Below, in pieces: positions 21,620 to 34,227 of a DNA stretch of 64,000 bases. This stretch comes from an uncultured delta proteobacterium. GTDB taxonomy: Bacteria > Desulfobacterota > Binatia > UBA9968. A program made the position numbers and the translations under genes. The stretch is from the NCBI GenBank assembly GCA_963755715.1, contig CAVWLW010000001.1, positions 1 to 64,000 on the forward strand, read 5' to 3'. Position 1 is the stretch's first letter. Each line of letters starts with the position of its first letter. Below the pieces are notes generated by a model. It searched no databases, was not told the DNA's origin, and saw nothing but the letters and a program-made list of their open reading frames with translations.

Positions 21620-23090
21620 ATGAATATTACCTGGAAACATTTTGCGCCGATCGTGGTCGGGATCGTTATCGCTCTTATCCCCGCGCCGACAGGGCTGCCG
21701 CAGCATGCATGGTATTACTTCGCCATTTTCGCCGCGGTGATTGTCGGTTTGATGCTCGAGCCCTTGCCGGGCGGCGCCATCGGATTGATCGGCGTGACCC
21801 TCGTGGCGAGGCTTTCCGAATACGTTTTCTACTCGCCGGAGCAACTCGCAAAGCCGGGTTTTAATCCAGACAGTGCCTCCTTGAGCTGGGCGCTTTCGGG
21901 CTTCTCCAATGCCACCGTGTGGCTTATTTTCGGCGCGTTCATGTTTGCCCTCGGTTACGAAAAAACCGGTCTCGGACGGCGCATCGCGCTGATGCTGGTA
22001 AAATCGATGGGGCGAAAGACGCTGACCCTCGGCTATGCGGTTGCCATTGCCGATACGATTCTTGCGCCGTTTACTCCGTCGAGCACCGCGCGCAGCGGCG
22101 GTACGATCTATCCGGTGATTAAAAATTTGCCGCTCCTTTATGATTCGAAACCCGACGACCCTTCCATGCGCCGGATCGGCTCCTACCTCATGTGGGTGGC
22201 GATCGCGCCGATCTGCGTAACCAGCACGATTTTTCTCACCGCGTCTTGCTCCCAACCTTCTGGCTGTGGAGCTGGTCAAGAAAACGGCAAAGATCGAACT
22301 CGAATGGTTCGACTGGTTTATGGCTGCGCGCGCCGGCGGGCATCTTGCTGCTCGGTTTTTGTCCTTTGCTTGCCTATTGGCTCTATCCGCCCGAAGTCAA
22401 GGAAGGTGCGGAGGTCTCGGAGATGGGCGGGAAAGGAACTCGTCAAAATGGGCGGCATTACCGGGAAAGAGATTATCCTTGGGGTGCTGGTAGTCCTCGC
22501 CCTGGTGATGTGGATCTTTCGAGGGGACGAAGTGAACGCTACCACAGCGGCGCTGATCATAATTTGCCTGATGCTCGTGACGAACATCGTCACCTGGGAT
22601 GACATCACGAAAAACTTCGCCGCCTGGAACACTCTGGCTTGGTTCGCGACCCTGGTTGCGCTTGCCGACGGGCTCGCTCGTGTCGGTTTCGTGAAGTGGT
22701 TTGCCGACGACTGTGGCGACCCACATGAGCGGCTTTACGCCGCTGAAGGCAATCCTGGTACTGCTCTGATCAATTTTTTCTGCTCACTACCTGTTCGCCA
22801 GCGTTACCGCGCATGTTACGGCGCATGATTCCGGTGCTGCTTGCGGTCGGCTCGACGATCCCTGGCATCAACATGCAGCACTCTATCGATGCTTCTGTGC
22901 CTCCAGTTGGGAATCATGGGCATCATCACGCCCTACGCGCAGCGGTCCAAGCCCGGTCTACTATGGCAGCGGTTACCTACCGTCGGCTGACTACTGGCGA
23001 CTGGGCGCGATTTTTGGATTGATCTTTTTTGTCGTATTTATGTTGACTTCGGTGCCTTGGGTGCTCGATACGGTGGCTAAGTATTTAATC
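21620..23090 (+). CDS. DASS family (CitT/TtdT-like) di/tricarboxylate anion permease, several frameshifts
   Basis: WALSGFSN..VWLIF.AF, KTGLGRRIAL, PFTPS.TARSGG, AWNTL.WFATLV. Confidence 0.85.
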
Positions 23091-23130
23091 GCAGCAACCG
23101 CGGGGCGTGCCCCTGCAGGGAGAGAAGACA

Positions 23131-24543
<1,413 letters not shown>

Positions 24544-24822
24544 GCCCGAAGCTGCAAACGTTCACGCGGAGATAAGCCAATGACAAGCCCCAGCCCGTGG
24601 GCGTCCTTCCAGCGATCTCGAGGGACACGCGCTATGGCGGCGCCTAAGCGGGGGAACTGCGTGGCACCTCGTCATGGATTCGATCGCGGTGTTCCCTTCG
24701 GTCAACGCCTCCTCCTGACTTAGGGCTCGCTGAAGACGGCGATCAGCTTCGACCTGTCCGGCACCGTCAAGATCGGTAATTACTTGCTCAACCAATCGTT
24801 CATGATACCTGGAGGTGCCAGA

Positions 24823-26073
24823 ATGACTGCCGCAATAGCCAAACGCATCGGCCTGCTCGGCGGGCCGGTGCTGGCCCGCCGCTTCATGTATATGTTAGCA
24901 GTGGTCGCCGTCGCGGTCATGGGAACGGCGCACGCCGCGGGGCCGCTCCGAGCCGAGCCGGAATCCCTCGAACGCGCGGCGCCCGAGCTGATCGAGCGAC
25001 TTCGAGCCGACCCTTACAATTATTTCCGATTCGTCAACCGAACCTGGATCGCGCGGGTCTGCGACGATTTGGGCAGTGATCTGCGCGACCTGCCAGTTGT
25101 GCGGTTGCACGGCGACGCGCACGTCGAGCAGTTCGCGATAGCGCAGGATGCATGGGGGCTCGATGACTTCGACGACTCCGCTCGAGGCCCGGCCGCTGTC
25201 GATATCGTACGGTTCCTGGGCTCCATCGAGCTGGTGGCACGCCAGCGTTCCTGGGAAAAGGATCGTGACAGGCTGTTCGATCGATTCGTCGAAGGTTATA
25301 AACGGGGTCTCACCGAGCCCAATTATTTGCCTCCTCCGCCCGACGTCGTGCGCCAGCTACGCAGCCAGGCGCCACCGACACGCGCGGCGTTTCTTGCGTC
25401 GGGCGAGACCAGAATGAAGCCGCTGGCCGATGTGACAATGAAGGCTGTCGTTGCGGCGATCGATGCCTTTGCCCGCGTCGTGCTGCGCGAGCGGCCCGAC
25501 CTCGCGCCCGGGTACTTTCGCGTGGTGCGCGCTGGCTGGCTTCAGAGCGGCGTTGGCAGCGCCGTGAGTCCGAAAATCTTGGTCCGCGTCCAGGGACCGT
25601 CCGACGATCCAACCGACGATGAGCTCCTCGAGTTAAAAAAGATCGAAGATCTTCAGGACCTGCGCTGCCTCAAGACGCCGACGGTTCAACCAACGCTCCG
25701 CATCATCGACGGAAGCAAACAGCTCGGTCGGCTGAAGTACAGCATACTGGCGGCTGGACCCGAGCTCGTCGTCTCTGAGGTGATGGCCCGCGGGCAGCGG
25801 TTGCAGGATTGGTGGATCCGCAATCTGGATCTGTCCTACCGACAGGTTCGTTTGACCGACCTCCGCTCTGTCGCGGACCTCGCCGCCATTGCCTACGATG
25901 CCGGCGTGCAACTCGGCGCGGGTCGCCTTCAAAACCAGACGGTGCTGCTGAGCAGCGACGATCGGCAACGAATACTCGCCGCGACGGGCGGGCTCGAGAA
26001 ACGGTACCGCCGGGAGGCCACAACCCTGGTCGATGATTTGCTCCGCGGATGGCGGGAGCTCGGAGCACGATGA
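24823..26073 (+). CDS. DUF2252-family kinase-like protein with predicted signal peptide
   Basis: HGDAHVEQF and DDFDD motifs, GVGS; RBS GGAGG at 24811. Confidence 0.65.
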   Translation: MTAAIAKRIGLLGGPVLARRFMYMLAVVAVAVMGTAHAAGPLRAEPESLERAAPELIERLRADPYNYFRFVNRTWIARVCDDLGSDLRDLPVVRLHGDAHVEQFAIAQDAWGLDDFDDSARGPAAVDIVRFLGSIELVARQRSWEKDRDRLFDRFVEGYKRGLTEPNYLPPPPDVVRQLRSQAPPTRAAFLASGETRMKPLADVTMKAVVAAIDAFARVVLRERPDLAPGYFRVVRAGWLQSGVGSAVSPKILVRVQGPSDDPTDDELLELKKIEDLQDLRCLKTPTVQPTLRIIDGSKQLGRLKYSILAAGPELVVSEVMARGQRLQDWWIRNLDLSYRQVRLTDLRSVADLAAIAYDAGVQLGAGRLQNQTVLLSSDDRQRILAATGGLEKRYRREATTLVDDLLRGWRELGAR

Positions 26074-26213
26074 GTCCGTCCGCGTGGATCGCAATTGCGC
26101 GGCAGCATTCCGCGTGCACGCCGGGTCCGCTAAAGATCGCTATCGTTAATCAAAAATAACGGGCGCTGATCTAACTTGATCGACGCAATTCACAACAAGG
26201 TGTGGTGATGACA

Positions 26214-27293
26214 ATGAACTGGCTGCTCATCTTCATTCCCATCACCGTCGCGCTCGAGCACGTTTCGGCCGCAGGCCTACACTTGGATTTTTTTTGCCGC
26301 GTGTGTGGCCATTATCCCCATCGCCTCGCTCATTGTAGAGGCGACGGAGCATATCGCGGTCACGGACGGGCGATGCCATCGGCGGACTGCTGAACGCGAC
26401 CTTCGGCAACGCCCCTGAATTGATTATTTCGGTCGTCGCGCTGAAAGCCGGGCTTGTTCGACATGGTGCGGGCTTCGCTCATCGGCGCGATTCTCGCGAA
26501 TCTTCTGCTCGCTCAGGGAGTCGCTTTTTTCCTCGGCGGACTGCGTTACCACAATCAGGAATACAACGCCGGCGCCACGCGGCTCTACAGCACGATGATG
26601 CTCATCGCCGTCATCAGTCTGGTGGTGCCGAGCGCATTCAGCCGCTTTTTCTCGTCAGAGGCGACCATGCGCCAGGAGCAATTTCTAAACTTGGGCATGG
26701 CGTTCGTCCTCTTGATCGCCTATGGGCTGTATCTCCTGTTCATGCTGAAGACTCACCCCGAAATTTTTTCCGCCGCGGGCGGTCAGGAAGAGGACCATCA
26801 TGAGGGCGAGCAATGGGGACTACCAAGGGCGGTCGGCAGCCTGCTCGTCGCCTCGGTCTTGGCGGCGTGGATGAGTGAGATCCTGGTCGGCGCGGCTGAG
26901 GGAACGGGTAAGGCACTGGGCATGTCGCAGACCTTCATCGGCATCGTATTTCTGGCTATCGTCGGCGGCGCCGCCGAGAGCGGATCGGCGATCGCCATGG
27001 CGCGAAAAAATAAGCTGGATCTGACCGTGGGCATCGCGCTCGGCAGTTGTATCCAGATCGCGCTCTTTGTCGCCCCGGCTCTGGTGCTTGATGAGTTATG
27101 CGCTGGCGCCGCAGCCGCTTGAGCTTTCCTTCGGCAGGGCGGAGCTTGGCTCGATGTTCCTCGCCGTTTTGATCGGCGCGATGGTTTCGGGGGACGGGCG
27201 ATCGAACTGGTATCAAGGGCGTGCAACTCATCACGGTGTACGTCAATCATGGCGTTCTTATTTTATTTCATGCCGGAGGCGGCGCCACGATGA
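26214..27293 (+). CDS. Ca2+/H+ antiporter (CaCA/Cax family), several frameshifts
   Basis: [47 protein letters not shown]. Confidence 0.85.
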
Positions 27294-27979
27294 ACGTTAC
27301 CGCCGTTATCGGAACGGGCGGCCTGCGCAAACTGAGGCGCCCTTACTTGCGCCAACGTTACACCATTCTTTTCTACACGCTTCTGTTGACGATGGTGGCT
27401 GCTCCCGTTTTCGACGCCTTGGAATTTCCCGGAGTTCTAATCGAATCGTTACTCGCCGCTAACCTGCTCGCCGCGGTGCTGCCGGTCAGCGACAGGAGAG
27501 GCCGAAGCGTGCTGCTCGCCCTGATGTTTTTGGTGTGGCTGGCTAGATCGGCGATCGCCTGGCTCGAGCACCCGGCGCTCTCGGCAATGACGCTGGGAAT
27601 TTGGACGGTGATCGGGCTACTGGCGGCAGCCCTCGCGTTGCGCTTCGCCATGCGCGCAGCTTCCGTCGACGCGGAGCATCTCTATGCGGCGCTCAGCGCC
27701 TATCTGCTCGCCGGAATTTTCTTCGGTCTGTTCTATTGGGTCCTCGAACAGAGCTGGCCTGGGACCTTCGCTTTCCCCGGTAAGTTCTCGCGTGTGAGCG
27801 CGCTGTACTTCAGTTTTGTTACGCTGGCGACGCTCGGCTACGGCGATATCGTGCCGCGCACAGACATCGCGCGCGGCCTTGCGATCGTAGAAGGAGTCGG
27901 AGGTCAGCTCTTCTTGGCGGTGCTGGTTGCCCGTCTCGTGAGCTTGTACGGGCGGGGCGAGCCGGGAGCAAGATCGTAG
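27290..27979 (+). CDS. Potassium channel family (two-TM pore) protein
   Basis: LYFSFVTLATLGYGDIVP selectivity filter. Confidence 0.85.
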   Translation: MNVTAVIGTGGLRKLRRPYLRQRYTILFYTLLLTMVAAPVFDALEFPGVLIESLLAANLLAAVLPVSDRRGRSVLLALMFLVWLARSAIAWLEHPALSAMTLGIWTVIGLLAAALALRFAMRAASVDAEHLYAALSAYLLAGIFFGLFYWVLEQSWPGTFAFPGKFSRVSALYFSFVTLATLGYGDIVPRTDIARGLAIVEGVGGQLFLAVLVARLVSLYGRGEPGARS

Positions 27980-28149
27980 GACGTGAAATGCAAATGTCTG
28001 GCAAGAATAATTTTCTCCGGTCGGCTCTGCTCTTCATCGCTTGAAATTCGAGACAATTCGGACAAAGCAAAAATCGGAGGCACAAATCCACATGCGAATT
28101 TTCGCTGAAGGACATGCGGTTACGAAACAAAAGCGTAGCAAGGAAAGCG

Positions 28150-29569
28150 ATGAGTGACATGAACACGATATCCGAACCTGTGAAGGAAGGCATTGCGCCA
28201 AACACTCCTTCTTCCGACGCGCTGGTATTTTTTGGCGCTACCGGAGATCTCGCCCATAAGAAGATATTTCCTGCCCTGCAAGCGCTGGCCAAACGCGGCA
28301 ATCTCGACATCCCCGTTATCGGCGTCGCCAAAGCCGGCTGGACGCTCGACCAACTCAAGTTACGCGCGCGGGACAGCGTCGAACAATACGGCGGTTTGGA
28401 CCCGGACGCTTTTAGCCGCTTGAGCCGCCGTATGGACTACATTGACGGCGACTATTCCGATCCGGCGACTTTTCAGGAGTTGCGGCGGAAACTGGGCAAC
28501 GCGAAGCAGCCGACGCACTATCTCGCCATCCCGCCCAGCTTGTTCGAGACCGTCATTCATCGGCTCGGCGAGTCGGGTTGCGCCGCGGGCGCGCGCATCG
28601 TAATCGAGAAACCTTTCGGACAGGATCTTGCCACAGCGAAGACACTGAACGGGGTGGTGCACGGCGTCTTCAGGGAAGAAAACGTTTTTCGCATCGACCA
28701 CTACCTGGGCAAAAACGCGGTTCAAAATCTGCTCTTTTTCCGCTTTGCCAATTCTTTTCTCGAGCCGCTGTGGAATCGGCAGTTCGTCGAAAGCGTGCAG
28801 ATCACGATGGCGGAAAACTTCGGTGTCGAGGGTCGCGGCAATTTTTACGACCGCACGGGCGCGCTGCCGCGACGTCGTGCAGAACCATCTGCTGCAAGTT
28901 CTGACCAATATTGCGATGGAGCCTCCGCCCGGCCTGGATGTCGAGATGTTGCGGGACGAAAAAGCCAAGGTGTTGAGAGGAATTCGCCCGCTCCGGCCGC
29001 AGGATGTGGTGCGTGGTCAGTTTCGCGGTTATCGCGACGAGCCAGGCGTCAAGGCCGACTCTCAGACGGAAACCTTCGTGGCGTTGCGACTTGAGATCAA
29101 CTCGTGGCGCTGGAAGGGTGTGCCGTTCTACATCCGCGCGGGCAAGAGTCTTCCCGTAACGGCCACAGAAGTGATCGTCAAGCTGCGCCAGCCCCCGGCG
29201 GTTTTTTCGAACGTTCCCCTTCCGGCCAACTATTTTCGCTTTCGCGTGACACCCGATTTGATGATCGCGGTGGGCGCTTTGGTGAAGGAAGTGGGCGAGC
29301 AGTTTGAAGGGCAACCGGTTGAACTCGTGATCTGCCAGCAATCCGATCCCGCCGAGATGGGGGCCTACGAGGAACTGCTCTACGACGCGATGCGCGGAAT
29401 TTCCGCCCGCTTTGCGCGTCAGGACTATGTCGAAGAGGCATGGCGGATCGTGGATCCAATTTTGGATGATGCGGCTCCTGTTTACGAGTATGAGCCGGGC
29501 ACATGGGGGCCGCCACAGGCGAACGCGCTGATTGCGCCCGACGGTGGGTGGTTCGATCCGACACTATAA
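28150..29569 (+). CDS. zwf: Glucose-6-phosphate 1-dehydrogenase (frameshift ~28866)
   Basis: [45 protein letters not shown]. Confidence 0.93.
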
Positions 29570-29624
29570 GGCGTCGAATCTTCAACTTATTAATCCTCGC
29601 ACCCCGGCGCAGGCGCGGGCTCCA

Positions 29625-29642
29625 ATTGGACCAAGGTCCAAT
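29625..29642. promoter_or_regulatory. Palindromic operator copy 3
   Basis: ATTGGACCAAGGTCCAAT ~99 bp upstream of sixA. Confidence 0.8.
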
Positions 29643-29740
29643 ATACGTGCTTCCCGCCATTTGCTTATATAAGAGTCATAGCGACGGATTGTGAAGAAAT
29701 CGACACGTTAAGAGTCCAGGCCGTAAACTGAGATCCGGTT

Positions 29741-30248
29741 ATGAATCTATACTTTATGCGTCATGGCATCGCGGTGGACCGCGCTGATAGCGGCGCCGGC
29801 TCCGGCGATCGGGAGCGGCAGCTGACCCCGAAGGGGATTAAAAGAATGAACAAGGCAGCCAAAGGTCTGGCCACTTTGTCGCTCTACTTTCGAGCGAATC
29901 CTCACCAGCCCTCTGGAGCGCGCGCGCCAGACTGCAAAGATCGTGGCGCAGATCCCTCACTTGGAAGACCGCGTAGAAGAAATCGAGCAGCTCTCACCCG
30001 AACAATCGGCCCAAGATCTATTGTCCGGCTTGGTTGCCTACTCGGGCAAAAAGGAAATTCTCCTGGTGGGTCATGAGCCGCAATTGAGCAGCACGATCTC
30101 CGTTCTATTGTCAGGGACGTCGGGAGCGGTAATTCGCCTTAAAAAGGGTGGGCTATGCTGCCTGCAAGTGGATGGATTGCCGCCGCGAGAAAGCGCGGTT
30201 TTGCACTGGGCGTTGACACCCAAGCAACTGCGCCTGATGGCGCATTGA
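29741..30248 (+). CDS. sixA: Phosphohistidine phosphatase SixA (frameshift ~29888)
   Basis: YFMRHG, R.LT.KG, LLVGHEP, LKKGG. Confidence 0.87.
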
Positions 30249-30293
30249 ATCGATCGCAAACTCGGGATCGGCGAAGTTTGAAAAGAAAAAATA

Positions 30294-31304
30294 GTGGAAG
30301 AGGAGAAAGAACAAGAACTCGGATCGGCAGGGGTTGGCAATGCGGACCCTGCCATCCCTTTTGTGCAGACGCTTCCTTCCCTAACCATTCGTCGCGCGCT
30401 TGCGCGTTTACTGCGCAAACGAGTCAAGAAGTTTGTCGCGTTGGCGCCGGAAATACGTGCCGACGCGAATCCGAAAACCGTCCATGATGTGCGCGTTTGG
30501 AGCCGACGCTTGCAGCAAGCCCTCGGCGCGTTTTTCCCCAAGCCGCGTTCTGGGAAAGTGCGGCGCTTGCGCCGGACACCTCGACGGATTCGGCGCGCGC
30601 TCGGCGAATGGCGCAACTGCGATGTCCTGCTCGAAATCGTCGCGCGGCAACAACGCCGCACGCGTAGTGAGGACAAGCGACGGGCTTGGGAGTTTGTTCG
30701 CGATTACCTATTGCAGAGGCGTACTAAGGAGGTTGCCCGCGCGGGGAAAAGACTGCTGCGCCAGGACCTGGAAAGTTACGCTGCCTTGGCGCGTCGACTG
30801 CTCGGTCAATCACCCGACGAGAGCCCCGAGATCCTGATGCGACGACTCGTCGATAGCGTGCAGAAAGCGTGGGGCAAGTGGCAATCCGCCCTGACCCGCG
30901 CGCAGGAAACTCACGCGGTTAAAGATCTGCACGCGTTTCGTGTCGCGACCAAAGATCTACGCTACCGGACGGAGCTTCTTTACGCCGTCGGTCACAGGGA
31001 AATTAAGGCCCAGCTCAAATGGCTGGCAGAATTGCAGGACGCCATCGGCGTCTGGCACGACCGTCAAGTACTTTATCAAGCCGTTGCCAAAGCCGTCGCG
31101 CGTGCCGAAGTCTTGCTGAACGAGCTGTCAACCGTGCGCATACTTTTGGCGCAATTGGAAAAGGATCGTAGCTTGCAGGCTAAAGATGTCGAGAAGATAT
31201 TTCGCCTGGCGATGGAGCATGCGGGGAATTATCAGATGGAAAGTTCGAGCGAAACCCATGCGACCCCGACGCCATCCGCCGTCACTGAATTGCTAAGCGA
31301 CTAA
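30294..31304 (+). CDS. CHAD domain (polyphosphate-binding) protein
   Basis: VHDVRVWSRRL, LG..RNCDV, LHAFRVATKDLRY, LQDAIGVWHD. Confidence 0.88.
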   Translation: MEEEKEQELGSAGVGNADPAIPFVQTLPSLTIRRALARLLRKRVKKFVALAPEIRADANPKTVHDVRVWSRRLQQALGAFFPKPRSGKVRRLRRTPRRIRRALGEWRNCDVLLEIVARQQRRTRSEDKRRAWEFVRDYLLQRRTKEVARAGKRLLRQDLESYAALARRLLGQSPDESPEILMRRLVDSVQKAWGKWQSALTRAQETHAVKDLHAFRVATKDLRYRTELLYAVGHREIKAQLKWLAELQDAIGVWHDRQVLYQAVAKAVARAEVLLNELSTVRILLAQLEKDRSLQAKDVEKIFRLAMEHAGNYQMESSSETHATPTPSAVTELLSD

Positions 31305-31333
31305 ACGTGAATGATTGACCAGGAGGTAACTCT

Positions 31334-32245
31334 GTGAACAACAAAGATATGAAAAATTTGATCAAGAAGGCGCGCAAGTTCGCCAAGCCTTTCCGCGTGA
31401 CCGACGATAAATTTCGCCTGAAGGACATCGATCCCGGCGACACCCTCGACTTTACATCCGAGGACAAGCCGCGCGCCAAGGAAGCGCTCGCCATGGGCGT
31501 CGATGTGTTGGCCGAGCTTCAGGACATGCTTTACGCCCAGGACAATTGGGCGGTGCTGCTGATCTTCCAAGCGATGGACGCCGCCGGAAAAGACGGCGCG
31601 ATCAAGCATGTCATGTCCGGCGTCAACCCGCAGGGCTGCCAGGTTTTCTCGTTCAAGTCGCCCACCAGCGAAGACCTCGACCACGATTACCTTTGGCGAT
31701 GCATAAAGTGTCTGCCCGAGCGCGGCCGCATCGGCATTTTCAATCGCAGCTATTACGAAGAGACCCTGGTCGTGCGGGTGCATCGGGAATTTTTAGAGAA
31801 GCAGAAGCTGCCGCCCGACCTGATCACGAAAGATATCTGGAAGGAACGTTTTCAGGATATCCGCAGCTTCGAGCGCTACCTGACGCGCAACGGCGTCGCC
31901 ATCCGCAAGTTCTTTCTCCATGTCTCCAACAAAGAGCAAAAGAAGCGGTTCCTCGAGCGCATCGAGGAGCCCGAAAAAAACTGGAAGTTTTCCGCCAACG
32001 ACGCCAAGGAGCGCCAACATTGGGACGATTATATGGAAGCTTACGAAGACATGATCCGGAGCACCGCGACAAAAGCGGCGCCGTGGTACATCGTGCCGGC
32101 GGACAACAAATGGTTTACCCGCGTCGTTGTCGCCGCCGCCGTCATCGAAGCGCTCGACTCACTCAATCTCAAATATCCGAAAGTGAGTGAAAGCAAGTTG
32201 AAAGAGCTGGCAGGGGCAAAGCGGGCGTTACAGGCTGGGAAGTGA
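31334..32245 (+). CDS. ppk2: Polyphosphate kinase 2 family
   Basis: QAMDAAGKDG, HDYLWR, IFNRSYYE, KNWKFS. Confidence 0.92.
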   Translation: MNNKDMKNLIKKARKFAKPFRVTDDKFRLKDIDPGDTLDFTSEDKPRAKEALAMGVDVLAELQDMLYAQDNWAVLLIFQAMDAAGKDGAIKHVMSGVNPQGCQVFSFKSPTSEDLDHDYLWRCIKCLPERGRIGIFNRSYYEETLVVRVHREFLEKQKLPPDLITKDIWKERFQDIRSFERYLTRNGVAIRKFFLHVSNKEQKKRFLERIEEPEKNWKFSANDAKERQHWDDYMEAYEDMIRSTATKAAPWYIVPADNKWFTRVVVAAAVIEALDSLNLKYPKVSESKLKELAGAKRALQAGK

Positions 32246-32419
32246 GGCAAACACGTCAATTCCAAATTCGAAATCCGAAACATGAAACAAATGCAGATTT
32301 TCAAAGAGCAGAAAATTCTAAATTTTGGAGAATAGGATGGCAGCGGAATTTAAAATAGAAAGCATGTGGCAGGCATTCGTGCCGACCGCGCAATGGCTGC
32401 CTGAATATAAACTCGGAGC

Positions 32420-34100
32420 ATGAATCAACATCCGACAGACGCAAAGGCAAGTCAGTCCGGCGCCACCGCACTGCGCTTCGACGTGATCGCCGGCCTGACA
32501 GCCGCGGCGGTTGTTCTTCCGAAGGCCATGGCCTACGCGACGGTTGCCGGCTTGCCGATTGCGGTCGGTCTCTATACCGCGTTCATCCCGATGGTGATTT
32601 ACGCGCTGCTCGGCTCGTCGCGGGTGCTGAGCGTCAGCTCCACTACCACACTGGGGATCCTGGCCGGCACGCAGCTCGGTCTGGCGGTGCCGGACGGCGA
32701 CCCGGCGAAGCTCGTCACGGCGACGGCCACCCTCACCGCGTTGGTCGGCGCGATGCTGCTCCTGGCGCGGCTGATGCGCCTGGGATTTGTCGCCAACTTC
32801 ATTTCCACGTCGGTCCTGACAGGCTTCAAAGCGGGGATCGGTGTCGTGATCGTGCTGGACCAGATGCCGAAGCTCCTGGGAATCCACATCGCGAAGCAAG
32901 GCTTTTTCCACGACCTTCTCAGCGTTGCGCAGCACGTCCCCGAGACCTCGCTATTGACGCTTGCGGTCGCTGCCGCGACGTTCGCTGGTGCTGATCGGCA
33001 TGGAGCGGCTATGGCCGCATTCTCCGGCGCCGCTGGTCGCCGTTGGCGGCGGCATCGCCGCGGCGTGGTTCTTCGGCCTGCAGGCGCTGGGAGTCTCGAC
33101 AGTCGGCCTGATCCCGCAGGGATTCCCGGCGCTCACGCTGCCGGATCTTGCGCTGGTCGAGCAGTTGGTGCCGGGGGCTCTCGGGATGGCGCTGATGAGT
33201 TTCACCGAATCGATCGCGGTGGGTCGCGCCTTTGCCCGCCCTGACGATCCACCCATCGATGCCAACCGCGAACTGGTCGCCACCGGGGCGGCCAATCTCG
33301 GCGGCGCGCTGTTCGGTGCGATGCCGGGCGGCGGCGGCGCCTCGCAAACCGCGGTCGTGCGCGCCGCGGGAGGCCGGTCGCAAAAGGCTTCGCTGGTGAC
33401 GGCGAGCGCCGCGGCGGCGACCATGCTGCTGCTGGCACCCTTGCTGGGTTTATTGCCAAACGCCACGCTGGCAGCGGTCGTCATTGTCTACTCGGTCGGG
33501 CTGATCCAGCCGGTGGAATTCCTTACCATTCGCAAAGTGCGCAGGATGGAGTTTCGCTGGGCGATCATCGCGGTGCTCGGCGTGCTGATCTTCGGCACGC
33601 TGAAGGGCATCGTGGTGGCGATCATCGTATCGCTGATTGGCCTGTCCAGCCAGGCCGCCTACCCGCGCGTGTCCGTCATCGGCCGCAAGCGCGGTGCCGA
33701 CGTGCTGCGACCGCTGTCGCCCGAGCACCCGGACGACGAGACCTTCGAGGGCCTGCTGATCGTGCGGCCGGAGGGACGGCTCTTCTTCGTCAACGCGCAG
33801 TATGTGGCGGACCAGATCGGCGCACTGGTCACGCAGCACAAGCCGCGCGTGCTGGCGTTGGACATGAGCCGGGTATTCGATATCGAATACTCGGCACTGC
33901 AAATGCTGATAGAGCGCGATAAGCGCGCGACCGAACGCGGCGCCGTTGTCTGGCTGGTGGGACTGAATCCCGGCGCGCTCGAGGTCGTGCGCAACGCCGG
34001 GCTGGACCGGCAACTCGGCCGCGAGCGCATGCTGTTCAACGCGCGCGAGGCGATCGAACGCTACCAGGCGCTGCAGGCGAAGGCGGGCGGCGCGTCCTGA
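32420..34100 (+). CDS. SulP family anion transporter with STAS domain (frameshift ~32985)
   Basis: DVIAGLT, P.AMAYA..AGLP..VGLY, DANRELVATGAAN, C-terminal STAS domain. Confidence 0.9.
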
Positions 34101-34227
34101 GTAGAAGCGTTCCGGCGCGCGCACATGGCCGCACGCTGGCGAGGTTGAGCGAAGATTTGCAGAGCGGGGCGCTTGCGCCGGGCTGAACGAGCATGTCGTT
34201 AAAAGAAATAAACAGGAGGAAACTTTA

